Assembly: GCA_030390025.1 (NCBI GenBank)
Contig: CM059430.1
Span: 41,540,001-41,604,000 of the forward strand
Length of the DNA stretch: 64,000 nucleotides
Source: Squalus acanthias
Taxonomy: Eukaryota
Reading direction: 5' to 3'
The notes under the pieces are model-generated. The model worked only from the letters and a program-made list of their open reading frames with translations. It had not been told where the DNA came from and made no database searches. Positions within the stretch are counted from its first letter, which is position 1. Every line of letters begins with the position of its first letter. The translations under genes were made by a program, and so were the position numbers. This document shows positions 38,266-51,214 of this stretch, in pieces.

Positions 38266-40371
38266 TGATGTTGAAAAATAAAAGAATAACTAACGTATGA
38301 CTTTCAGATTTGCACATGTAAGGAGGAGCAGGAATTCAATGAGGATGAGAGACACTCTATGAAAAAGCTAATGTCGGGCAGTGGTTCGCACCTTAATGTG
38401 AAAATATTATTCTAACCCTGCAACATGGAGGGAAACAGCATTAACTTGAGGGCTCATCTATTGGCCGCACATATTGGGAAATTGGACCAAGGTGCGCTCA
38501 CAATCTCTCAACTGACGGAGGCAGCAGGCAGGGCTCCTTGTCGCAAGCACGAGCGCAGAAAATTACCCCATTCATTTTAACTCAGGCTTGCCACTGATGG
38601 GGAAAATTAGTATTCATCCATTAGCAAGTTGGTAACTACATCCAACAATGCTTGATGCTAACATTGAGTACCAAAAGTGGGAAAAATATTACAATGCCCA
38701 CTTTAGCATCCTTCACCTCGATGAATACAAAATTCCTCAGGGGGCAAAAAAATCCTGAATTGTGCAGCATAGAATTATTTTCCTTTAAAGTACATCAAAT
38801 TTAATCATAGGCAAATTTACATTTTGTCATATAATAGCATAAAATCTGTATAATTCAAATATTATTACATTGGTCTCAGAGCCAATTATATTTTACAAGT
38901 AAAGATAATTAAAATAACTTGGAAAGTTTCCAAATACAAGTAAAGTAGATGCTGCCATTCTACTTTAATAATTCAATTATTCGTACACTCTGTAATGCAT
39001 TAGTCTTAACAAGAAATACTCCACTGAGGCAGATTTTTCCAAGTTCATTCCAACCCTGTTACTGGTTAATGTTTGCACAACTGTAACTAAGCATTACAAA
39101 CCAGTTGTTCAATCTATATAAATTTGAGAAACACATATTGTCGAGCAATGACTCATACATCAGTCTATTATATGCTACAGGGCTGACTATATTAAAACAA
39201 ATCACTTTGCCTGCAGCTGAAGAATAGAAGCAATATACAGATCAGAGGTTATTGTCTAATTTAAATCTTGGCTGTTTTCCCAGTACCAGACTCCACTTTG
39301 TGCCCATGCTGCTTGCTTTTACTGCCAGTGATGCTCTGCCTGTGCTGAAACTGCTTTGGGTGTTTTCCAAAAATATGTCTACAAAATGCCAATCAACAAG
39401 TTGCTAAAGATTAACAATATGACTGTAGCAAATTAATTTGAACCACTGAAACATCTGTCCTATATGTTTGCTCTAAAAACCCTATACACCTGTTTCTCAA
39501 TTGCTTCGATCTGTCAGTCAATGTTGATTCAGCTTGCTAGTTTAATGTAAATACATTTAGGTAAGTGCTGGAAGTGTGCTTATCCACATTGCAATATAGT
39601 TTTTACTGCATTAGCCATTAGACAAACCTTTAGCGACTGGGTTGGCTGCAGTATTTATTGCCTCTGCTGTGCTACATGATTACAGAGACTTTAAAAGATC
39701 TAAGAATCAGCCGTAGGTCCCTCTAAGGTCGCAATCGTGAAAGCGTCCTGACACTATCAAAGATGAAACCACTATGAAATAGGTCACGGTCTAGGACTAC
39801 TTGACTAGTGGGTTGTTTTAAACTGTAGTGAGAATAACCAATTACAAATTTGATTTTGTAGCACTTGGACAAAAAAAAACTATTCTTAAATCCTCTGAAG
39901 ATGACTGAATGTTGTTCCAAGATATGATGGCTTCTTTTTCCAGTGGTAGAATGTGATCCAGTCATGCACTGTGAATAGATATCATGCATGATGTCAAGCA
40001 CCAAAGAAATAACCAAGCACCATGCTACTAAATCCTTTGGATTTTCTGTGGATCTTTAATATCACTACTAGGATTACATCTTTTATATGGTTATGAAGTA
40101 TGAAGTTCCATCAGTTACCTTGATCCTTTGCACTGATATTCAAGTGTCTAAACAACTAAGTGAAGAAGACATAAGTGTTGTTTTAAAACCAGAGTTGTAC
40201 CATTTTGACTGATTTTTATAGGAAGAATGCTTTGAGCACAAACTTGACAGTGATGAATGAAGCCGTGATGCTATGTCAGAGTTCCTATCACACTTTCAAT
40301 AACCTGGGCTGAATGCCCACCATGTCTCTCTCGTACTGAGATTTTCTTCATTCATCTTCATTAGGCAGACA

Positions 40372-42075
40372 TTTGACCTGGCTGGTAACATCCTTATCAG
40401 GTTTGGGCCAACAGGGAACTCTTCCTCCTCCTAACAATGTTTTTGGTCTCACTGATGGGATCAGTGCGATTTTATACTACAGCCCAAAAAGTCAATCTTG
40501 CACAGGAAAATTAATAACAACATAATCCACTAGAACAGTCAAAGGCTCCATGTCCTAGCGGCAAAGCAAGAACAGTTTATATATAAAAAACTGATTCCTG
40601 CTTTAACAAAAATCACAACGCAATATAGATTATATACCATTTGGAGATGAACAATTTAATTGGTTTGTTTTAGTACTTCTTAAAAACCATGCTGCTGCAC
40701 AGAATTGAAGTGTTATGTCCTCCAGTGCGTGGCCTATTAAAGGGACATTGTTGTCCCACCGGGAAGGGTGAAAAGGTGAGTAATTATAGTAACAGCTTAG
40801 AACAGCTTAAACAGTTACCAACAGGGATGGAAGCATCCAAGTAAACCCTGTGGATCTCCAAAATGATTTCAATAATGGTATTCTTGAACAGTAAACAGTG
40901 ACCATAGTCTACTGCTATCCTGCGGACTGTAAATAGTCCTTTAAAGATTCCACTTGATAACTGGCATCATAAAATGCTACAGTATCATTACTATACTAGC
41001 TTATTGATAACAGTAAATTCTTTAAGTGTACTGTAGGACAACATAGGTGACAAATGTTGTTCATATTTGCTGATACTTCACCAGAATAAATCTATATTTA
41101 GGCTCGAAGAGAGTGTATATTAGATTACATTTAATTTTGTTTTTGTTTTGTCTGCAGAATTGAGCAGCTTTCATGTCTAATCCACAAATTAAATCGAAAT
41201 AATACATGGAACATGATAAGAATTTTAGCGAATAAAGATGTAAGTTATAGGTAGATTTACAATAATTAGAATTTAATGCAAACTAAGAGGTCCTCCAGAA
41301 TCGCAGTGCGATAGTGAAAAGACTGACAGTTGAGCCACATGTAAAATTATTTACTGTTCTTAAAGCCTCAAATAATAATTATACAAGTCTTAAAAGTTAA
41401 ATATTTAAGAAGTGCCAATAACAATTAACAAAAAGGAAAGGGACAAAATACAGTGCACTGCTTACTTAATGAGTCATCATTCACTAATTTAATCCTCTCT
41501 GAGGTAATTAGGTTTACCAAGATCTCATTTTCCAATATTGGTAGATGAACAATGAAGATTTGCCAGCTCAGATAAAGAGTAGTTCAGAGACAAAGGGATC
41601 ACGGGGATCATTGTTAACTTCAATGGAATGAAAATTGGGCGGGTTCTACAGTACTCAAGATAACAGATGGAACTTCATACTTCACAGTCAGGTTATTGCC
41701 CAAGCGGGGAGGTTGAAAATGACCCCCCACATGTTTTCTTTGTTATCTCTTTTCTCGATGATATTTTACAAGTGGTAGTTTCTGTCAGCAAAAGCACTGC
41801 AAAGGTTCTTGGCAAGGTTAGGTCCATTTGACAGGCCTTTGACCCGGTTAGTCATATCCTTATCAGGATTAGGCCAACAGGGAACACTTCTTCCCATTCA
41901 TTTTTTTTTCGATCTCGTCGATGGGATCAGTGTGATTTGATGCTACCATCCAATGAAGTCAATCTTGCACAGAAAAATTAATAACATAATCCATTGGCTC
42001 CATGTGCTAGTAACAGAGCAAGAACAGTTGATACATAAGTAAATCGTTTTGGCTTTAACTAAAATCAGAAAGCAT
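40372..42075 (+). repeat. Diverged ~250-bp direct duplication (40372-40622 and 41838-42075)
   Basis: Collinear shared blocks: atccttatcagg, ggccaacagggaac, gatgggatcagtg, aagtcaatcttgcacag, aaattaataaca, ggctccatgt, gcaagaacagtt, ctttaac.aaaatca. Confidence 0.85.
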
Positions 42076-42254
42076 TTTATATTAAATTCATTTAGAAAAG
42101 AAAAATAGCAAAGCCATATCAGTTACCAGCATGAACTCTAAAATTGCTCCTGATAGGCAAAGCAATGATTTCCTCTGTGAACAATTTGTACAGTAGCTAC
42201 TTTTTCTTTCTATAAATAGACAAAAAGAGACTTGCACTGTCAAACTTACTTAAT

Positions 42255-43285
42255 AGATTAGCGGGTGACATAAAAGGGATCCAAAAGTCTTTTATAAACA
42301 TATAAATAATAAAGAATTAGTCAAAGGAAGGGTGGGCTAATTAGGGACCAAAAAAGAGATCTTCTTGTGGACACAGAGGGCATGGCTGAGGTACTAAATG
42401 AGTACTTTGCATCTGTCTTCACTAATGTCACAGTAAAGGAGGAAGTGATAGAGAAATTGGATAGGATAAAAATAGATAAAAAGGAGGTACTTAAAGATTG
42501 GCAGCGTTCAAAGTCGAAAAGTCACCTGGCCCGGATGGGGTGCATCCTAGGTTGCTAGGGAAGTAAGGGTGGGGATAGTGTAGGAACAGAGAGAACTGGG
42601 GGGGTGTATGTACACAAATTCGTGAAGGACAAGTTGAGAAGGCTGTTAAAAAAGGATATGGGATCTTGGCTTTATAAACAGGACCATAGAGTACAAAGGC
42701 AAGGAAGTTATGCTAAAACTTCATAAAACACTGGTTAGGCCTCCGCTGGAGTACTGTGTCCAATTCTGAACACCACACTTTAGGAAGGATGTCAGGGGCT
42801 TGGAGAGGGTACAGAGGAGATTTACGAGAATACTACCAGGGATGAGGGATTTCAGTTATGTGGAGAGACGAGAGAAGCTGGGATTGTTCTCCTTAGAGCA
42901 GAGAAGGTTAAGGGGAGATTTAATAGAGGGGTTCAAAATCATCAAGAGTTTTGAGAGAGTAAATAAGGAGAAACTGTTTCTACTGAAGAGTGGGCTGGTA
43001 ACCAGAGGACACAGATTTAAGGTCATTGCCAAAAGAGCCAGAGGTAAGGAGAATTTTTTTTTACGCAGCGATTTATTATGATCTGGAATGCACTGCCTGA
43101 AAGGGTGGTGGAAGCAGATTCAATAGTAACATTCAAAAGGGAATTGGATAAATACTCGAAGGGGAAAATTTGCAGGGCTATAGGGAAAGGGCAGGGGAAT
43201 AGAACTAATTGGATAACTCTTTCAAAGAGCTGGCACAGGAACAATGGGTCAAATGGCCTCCTTCTGTGCTGTGTCATTCTATGAA
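42255..43285 (+). mobile_element. CR1 LINE fragment with internal deletions
   Basis: ORFs MAEVLNEYFASVFT, ERVQRRFTRILPGM and IWNALPERVVEADS. Confidence 0.85.
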
Positions 43286-43484
43286 AGATGGAACTAAGGG
43301 CACAACTTGGTGCTTCACCAATTAAAACAAATTACCAATGATAGTTGTCATACAAAGAGGATAAAAACAGGACTTGACTGGGTCCTGAAGCTGAATGATG
43401 TCTGATAGAATCACTCTTCTTATTGTTATTGAATTCTTATGTTCTAAACTATAAATAATCCACCAAAATAACCTTTGACTTTTT

Positions 43485-44770
43485 ACATAGAATGTACAGC
43501 ACAGAAACAGGCCATTCGGCCCAACTGGTCTATGGAGGTGTTACATAGGATTACATAGGATATATGGCACAGAAACAGGCCATTTGGCCCAACCAGTCCA
43601 TGCCGACGTTTGTGCTCCACATGAGCCTCCTCCTGTCTTTTCTCATCTAACTCTATCAGCATAACCCTCTATTCCCTTCTCCCTCATATGCTTATCTAGC
43701 CTCCCCTTAAATGCATCTATACTATTTGCCTCAACTACTCCCTGTGGTAGCGAGTTCCACATTCTCACCACCCTATGGGTAAAGAAGTTTCTTCTGAATT
43801 CCCTATTTGATTTGTTGGTGACTATCTTATATTGATGGTCTCTAGTTATGCTCTTCCCCACAAGTGGAAACATTCTCTCTGTATCTACTCTATCAAAACC
43901 TTTCAGAATTTTAAAGACCTCTATTAGGTCATCCCTCAGCCTTCTATTTTCAAGCGAAAAGAGACCCAGCCTGTTCATCCTTTTCTGATAGGTATACCCT
44001 CACATTTCTGGTATCATCCTTGTCAATCTTCTCTGCACCCTCTCCAGTGCCTCTATAGCCTTTCTATAATATGATGACCAGAATTGTACGCAGTACTCCA
44101 AGTGTGGTCTAACCAAGGTTCGATACAGGTTTAGCATAATTTCACTACTTTTCAATTCTATCCCTCTAGAAATAAACCCTAGTGCTTGGTTTGCTTTTTT
44201 TATGGCCTTGTTAACCTGTGTCGCTACTTTTAGTGATTTGTGTATTTGGATTCACAGATCCCTTTGCTCCTCTACCCCACCTAGACTCGCACCCTCCAAG
44301 TAATAAGTGACTTCGCTATTCTTACTTCCAAAATGTAATACCTCACATTTATCTGTGTTGAACTTCATTTGCCAATGATATGCCCATTCTGCAAGTTTAT
44401 TAATGTCCTCCTGTAATTTGTTGCAGTCCTCCTCAGTATTGACTATCCCCCCCAATTTGGTGTCATCCGCAAATTTAGAAATTGTGTTTTTGATTCCAAA
44501 GTCGAAATCGTTAATATAAATTGTGAACAACAGTGGTCCCAGCACTGATCCTTGTGGAACACCACTACCCACCTTCTGCCACTGTGAATAGCTACCCTTT
44601 ACCTCTACTCTCTGCTTTCTGTCTTGAATCCAGCTAGCTATCCAATCTGTTATTGTTTATGCTCCACACAAGCCTCCTCCCATCCCTTTCATCTAACCCT
44701 ATCAGCATAACCTTCTATTCCTTTCTCCCTCATGTGTTTATCTAGCCTCTGCTTAAATGCATCTAAGGCT
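43485..44770 (-). mobile_element. CR1 (~43543-44650) nested inside another CR1 3' end
   Basis: ORF 44252-44572 (SGVPQGSVLGP...KFADDTKL) and ORF 43643-43978. Host sequence ctatggaggtgtt|...|tgtttatgctccacac resumes at ~44654. Confidence 0.85.
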
Positions 44771-46625
44771 ATTGAAGTAAATTGTTAAAAATGGAAGAAA
44801 CCTTTACCAAAAATGATTTTTGATTTTCAGAATTAAAGTGTGTCACATTGCAAATAATCCAACAGAGAAAATCATAAGTGGCATCATCAATACCAGTATT
44901 GTAAGCCTGCAGAGATATTTAAAGAGCCCTGCCTTTCAAAAATAATAGGTTTCTGCTTTGCTCACTTCAGTCAAGTGTTGCAAAGCAAGGGATGCTGTGC
45001 ATCAAAGCCAGCTTGTAACATGGCACTGTCTCAACGCCAGGGCAGTTCCATTCCTTCTGGCAATGCATGCTGGAGGATTATGACTACATGCCCTGCCTGC
45101 TTGGATTATAGAGCTACGCCACGTTCCACAGAATTACAGCTCATTAATAAAGCAGACATTGTTCAAATAAAGCAAAAAATTAGAATAATTAATGAATGCA
45201 ATGAACCTTTTCATTTCTGCAGGACCCCTAGGGGCCTTTTCCACCCCCACAGTGCCACTCTAAATTCTCAGGTGCAGGTACTGTAAGCAGAGGCCAGTTT
45301 GAAATTGGTATTTCAGCACTTCTCAGTGTAATAAGATTAGAAACACTTCAGTTTACTGAAAAGATCATTCAAACAATTCAGTAAGAATAGTATTTTTTTA
45401 AATAAAGGCTGACTTAGTCAAATAAATGGTGTGTCTAATTCAGCTACATGCTGGCACATTTAGTGACTGTCTTTCCGCATAATGCAACCAATTGTAACAC
45501 CTGCCGCAGGAAAAATGTGCAAACTAGCGGGTGTCCCGTGGCATTGCTCACCATAAGTCAGACGATATATTTGTGGTCTTACTTGTCTCCGCACTGCAGC
45601 TTCTCTCTTCTTCTGATTGTAGGGGGAGAAATTTCCTCCATGCTCACAATCAGGTGGGATTGTGGCGGAGAATGAGACAATATTCAGGTGACAAAAGCCC
45701 TGCAAGATAGCGGCAGGCCCCAGTGCCAGTAAAGGTCCACGCAAACACCTGAAGGCCCTGGTCTTGGCGCAAGGGCTCCCTCTTTATGGCAGGAATGCTG
45801 CCAGGAGCCCACCGAGCATCACAAATGAGCCCTTCTCCAGGAAAATGGGTCGGGATTGGTGTGTATTTGGAAGGGTGGGCAGACCTGCCCTGCTGGACGA
45901 GGAGAGCCCTGCCCTGTGTCGCTGTTGGTTCTCTCTTCTTTACCTTATTTGGCATTATCTTTTTTTTTAAACTGTTCTGGGAGACTTTTGGGGGGATTTC
46001 TTTGTCTGGGAGGTGGTAGGGGAGGATAGCGAAAGGATAAAGGACAGGAAGGAACAGATGATTGGGGTATTTCGGGCAGGAAGTGGTAGGAGTGAGAGGG
46101 AAAAGGTGAGTGCTGGGTGTTGTTAGGGCTAGAGGAGGGAAGATGACGAGAGCTGGGTTGAGGGAGGCTATCTGCCTGGGACAGGAGTCAGGGTGGGAGC
46201 GGGAACAGCTGGAGTGGGGCCCGAAAAGCAGCAAGGCCCCAGGTGAGCAGACTAGGCAGAAGGCCAGTGGGGCTGGAGAATTTTTTTAAGAAGGTACATA
46301 TACAATTACATTTAAACTTAAAGAAATAGAGAAAATAATTTTAAAAATAAAACTTATCTGCAGGAAAGGGTGGACCTGGGTGACTTACGCCACAGCGCCA
46401 TCAGTGTTGGCAGGCCTGCAATTGTGTGCTGAAAGCTCAAAGCACTTTTAATGACTTCTAGTGTTATAGGGTGCATAAAAGGTCAGTGATCAAGTGAACA
46501 GCAGCAACAACAACAACTTGCATTTATATAGCACCTTTATATAGGGGTGAGACCATGAATGGATTTGAGCACAAGGATCAGAATTTTAAATTTGAGGTTA
46601 TATATGCTGTGCCGATTTGTATTTC

Positions 46626-46735
46626 TTCACTTCACCTGACGAAGGATTTCAAATAAAACTGTTGGACTATAACCTGGTGTTGTGCGACTTCTCACTTTTG
46701 TCCACCCCAGTCCAACACCGGCATCTCCGCATCAT
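46626..46735 (+). mobile_element. Penelope-like mini-element, family B; hammerhead internally deleted
   Basis: ttcacCTGACGAagg^atttcaaataaaactgttggactataacctgg...gcatctccgcatcat; stems II and III are missing relative to 54412-54450. Confidence 0.75.
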
Positions 46736-47086
46736 AGCTACAGGTAAGTGTATCATCAAACTGTAGAGCCTAGAAATTGGTTTGCCCCCAAAAACGGGGG
46801 CAGGGATTGCGATGTGCGATTAACTTGCGCTCGTTTGGAGGAATGCAGGCAGCATGCGAACTTCGTGCTGCCTGCTCATTTCCATGATTATGGCTTTCAG
46901 CCCAGCGTTGAACGCGCCAGTGAATGGCTGAATACTCAGCGGGGGGACCAAGTTTGTGCGAGGTGAGCACCAATTAAAGCTAGCCTGCACTGCTTAAAGG
47001 CAGTCTGCACCTCTTAAAGGGGAGGTGCATTCTGCCTGCAGCAGCTCATTGAACTGGCAAGGATAGACAGTGAAAAACAATTAACG

Positions 47087-47323
47087 ATGGCACAACAGAG
47101 GAGAGAGTATGCACCAAAGTTCTTGGATGCAGCACTGAAGGTCTTGGAGCAGGAGGTGGATAGGAGGAGAGAGGTTTTCTTTCCACAGGCCAGGAGGCCC
47201 TCCAAGCAACAGTGCAAAGTGCAGTGGGAGTACATAGCTACTGTGGTGAATGCCAGCAGTGTAGCCTCAAGGACGTGGACGCAGTGCAGGAAGAAGTTTA
47301 ATGACCTCACACAAGTGGTCAAG
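47087..47323 (+). pseudogene. Harbinger Myb/SANT (MSANTD-type) DNA-binding domain exon
   Basis: MAQQRREYAPKFLDAALKVLEQEVDRRREVFF...WEYIATVVNASSVASRTWTQCRKKFNDLTQVVK; the expected donor reads atcagt instead of gtcagt. Confidence 0.85.
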
Positions 47324-48874
47324 ATCAGTGAATTTATCTTCAAATGCCATATCCCACCATCTGTACCACTAGCCTCAGACACTGCTCAATGCATCACTCA
47401 CCTACAAACAATCTCTACCAATAATGACTCATACCTCACATTCATACCTTCACCTCACTCTCACATACTTACCACTTCTGCAAGCCTCACACCCATATCT
47501 CACAGCTTGCACACACTGAAACCTATTCAACCATGACAGGCACATCACCCAAACACATTGCACCACACTCACTGACAAACTTCTCTCTCTCTTGCAGGAC
47601 AAGGTGGCTTAAAGCCAGCGCCAGCAGTACCTAACCGGCAGGGGACAGGCTCACCTGATAACCTCACCCCCATGGAGGAGATGGTGCTGGCAATTCTTGG
47701 GAGGGGCATCGCTGAGCCCGTGGCCAGCGACGGGGCTTAAAGAATATAAGATGCCGGTATCCTCATACGTAATCCTCCTTCTCACATCCCACTTCGTCCT
47801 CGCCCCACAATCTCTTCTGATTTACAAGCTGCACATGGTGTAAGCGTGCACCTGTTGCTTTTAACCCCCTCCCCTCTCCACAACCCTAACCTTGTGCCTT
47901 TCTCATTTCAGAGACCCAAGAAATCCAACCTGCCCAGCTAATGGTATAAGAAGAGGGAGAGGAGAGTGATGAAGAAGAAAAACCATCAATCGATCAGACA
48001 CTCGCAGCCACCAGCTCAGATAAGAACATAAGAATTAGGAGCAGGAGTAGGCCATACGGCGCCTCGAGCCTGCTCCGCCATTCAGTAAGATTATGGCTGA
48101 TCTTCAACCACAACTCCACTTTCCCGCCCGATCCTCATATCTCTTGATTCACCTAGAGTCCAAACATCTATCTCAGCCTTGAATAAACTCAACGATTCAG
48201 CATCCACAGCCATTTGGGGTAGAGAATTCCAAAGACTCACAACCCTCTGAGTGAAGAAATGCCTCCTCATCTCAGTCTTAACTGGCCGACCCCTTATCCT
48301 GAGACTATGCCCCCAGTTCTAGACTCTCCAGCCAGGGGAACCAACCTCTCAGCATCTACCCTGTCAATCCCCCTCAGAATCTAATATGTTTCAATGAGAT
48401 CAACTCTCAATCTTCTAAACTCCAGAGAGTATAGGCCCAATCTAATCAATCTCTCCTCATTGGACAACCCTCTCATCCCAGGAATCAATCTAGTGAACCT
48501 TGGTTGCACCGCCTCTAAGGCAGGTATATCCTTCCTCAGATAAGGGGACCATAACTGTGCGCAGTACTCTAGGTGTGGTCTCACCAAAGCCCTATACAAT
48601 TGTGCCAAGACTTCCTTATTCTTGTACTCCAACCCCCTTTCAATAAAGGCCAACATGCCATTTGCCTTCCTAATTGCTTGCTGTACCTGCATGCTAACTC
48701 TCTGTGTTTCCTGTATGAGGACATCTAAATCTCTCTGAACACCAACATTTAATAGTTTCTCACCATTTAAAAAATATTCTGTTTTTCTATTCTTCCTACC
48801 AAAGTGAATAACCTCACATTTCCCCACATTATACTCCATCTGCCACCTTATTGCCCACTCACTTAACCTGTCTA

Positions 48875-49206
48875 CAGGAAACTTTCGTTTATCCGGCACC
48901 CAAATATCCGGAATTCTCGCTTAACCGGCAAAAATCAGGTAAGTTTTATTGTACAGACAAGACCCCGATTCTGACCTTTCGCCCCCACGAAAGGGGGGTC
49001 AAAGTTCTTCCGACTCGGACCTGTCACAGCCACGGAGGAAAAAGCCGGAGTCTCGTTTACTTTCCCTCTCCGGGTCCCAATTGTTAAGCCTGTGGCCGTG
49101 TACGGGGCTCTCGTACCTTGGTAAGTATAGCTCTCTGTAATCCGGCACTTTCGATCAACCGGCACCACGCCGGTCCCGTCGGTGCCGGATAAACGAAAGT
49201 TTCCTG
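48875..49206. mobile_element. pogo/Tigger-like MITE (young)
   Basis: Perfect 26-bp TIR CAGGAAACTTTCGTTTATCCGGCACC and TA TSD; removal restores CR1 ctgtcTAtatccctttgca (compare 11441-11460). Confidence 0.92.
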
Positions 49207-49228
49207 TATATCCCTTTGCAGACTCTTT

Positions 49229-50026
49229 GGGCTGGATTTTGTCAATGGGGACGTGATGGAGGCGGGACTCCCACTTTTTGGGTTGTAGTCCCGCCAACCC
49301 ACTGTATTTTCCCTTGATTGACCTTGTTAAGCCCGCCAATCAAGGGTCCCTTGGATACAGGTGACGTCAGCCATTGAAATTTCATCTGTCAAGAGCTTTT
49401 GACAGATGAAATTTCAGCATTTGACAGCTCTGTGAAGCTGTCAAACACTGACAATATGATTTCTAACTTGAGTCCCTGTACTTAGACTGAGTTAGAAATC
49501 AATCCAGCACAGAAAGCAGACTGCAGCTTTTGACAGCTCCGCGGCCATTCTGCTTTCTATGCCGGTGAGCTGAGGGACTCCCGAGAACTGAAGGAAGGAA
49601 GCCTGCAGGACAAAGTTAAGGTAAGTAAAAGTTCTTAAAAAACTTTACACACGTCAAACACACTTACCTCTGCACTCATGCACCCATCACTCACCTGCAC
49701 ACCGGACATCTCGACCCCTCCAAACCGACGGTCCGCCTCGCTAAATCGGTGTGGTTCGGACCTGTCGGGAAGCCCACACTTCAGGGCTAAAAATAGGGAT
49801 TAGGCAAAAAACTGCCTGTTAACTACCTGTTAACAGGCAGTTTATTGGCACTAATCCCCTTCCCGCCTCAGGGAGGCGGGTCCCAGCACAAGTCGGGTAC
49901 CCGCCTCCTGGGAAACTGGCATGGAGGCGGGTTGGGGGCGGGATGGGTTCGGGACCCCCGAATCTGCTATTTTCCCACCCCACATGCCTCCAAACCCGCC
50001 TCCACGGGTCAATGAAAATTGAGCCC
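49229..50026. mobile_element. PIF/Harbinger-type MITE with internal hairpins
   Basis: TIRs GGGCTGGATTTT / AAAATTGAGCCC, 3-bp TSD TTT; removal restores the CR1 sequence. Confidence 0.85.
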
Positions 50027-50460
50027 TTTGTGTTCTCCTCACAGCTTACTATCCCACCTAGCTTTGTGTCGTCAGCAAACTTGGATACATTACACTCAGT
50101 CCCTTCATCTAAGTCATTGATATAAATTGTAAATAGCTGAGGCCCAAGCACTGATCCTTGTGTCACCCCACTAGTTACAGCCTGCCAAACTGAAAATTAC
50201 CCTTTTATCCCTACTCTCTTTTCTGTCTGTTAACCAATCCTCTATCCATGCTAATATATTACTCCCAACCCCATGAACCCTTATCTTGTGTAACAACCTT
50301 TTATGTGGCACCTTATCGAATGCCTTTTGGAAATCCAAATATACTACATTCACTGGTTCCCCTTTATCTACCCTGCTAGTTACATCCTCAAAAAACTCTA
50401 ATAAATGTGTTAAACACGATTTCCTTTTCATACAACCATGTTGACTCTGCCTAATCATTA

Positions 50461-51214
50461 TGGGCCGTAATTTGCGACCCCTTTGGGTGTGTATGAGGTG
50501 CACATGTGCCCGTAGGGGCCGCGCAAGTTCCAGGTTTAGGAATGCGAAGCGCATGTGCTAAAACCCAGAACTTGCGATCTGTCAAGAATCTTCTTGACAG
50601 ATGATCCGCATCCCCGGGAAAAGGGCCTCCGCTGGCAGAGAGTTGCGCTATTTGCCCAACTTCTGCCCAGCGAACGCCCGTGAAATTCTTACGCCTGGTA
50701 AAAGCAGGCATAAGGCCTGCTTTTACCAGTGTATGAGTTTTAATAAATAGAAAAATAAAATGTTATCACTCATTTAAATATTAAAAACCCTGTCCAATAA
50801 GGTACATTTATTTTTAGCCCCGTTTAAGCATATTTTAAAAAATTTCAAAAAATTAATTTTTGTTAAAAATATTTAATTAAATGGCATTTTAATTAATTTT
50901 AAATATGTAATTTTTAAAAAACTTATTTCATGTGTTCGTGTATTTTTTAAGTGATCTCCATTCATACTTGCAGAATCCCCATAAGTATGAAGGGGGATTC
51001 CCCTTCTTTCATTGGTTGGGCCGGCCCACGTGATCCCAGGGGCACCTGCAAACCGCCTGTGCCCCTGGGATACGTGGGCCTCTACCCGTGGGTACCCGGA
51101 GAGGCCCAGGAGCGCGAGTCTCCAGACCTCCCGGACCACCAGGTAAATTCGCAGATTTTTTGCAGGTCGGAGGCAACCGCCCGCAGGAAGACCCCGACCG
51201 CAAATTTTGGGCCA
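50461..51214. mobile_element. PIF/Harbinger-type MITE
   Basis: TIRs TGGGCCGTAATTTGCG / CGCAAATTTTGGGCCA, canonical TTA TSD (50458-50460, 51215-51217). Confidence 0.88.
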
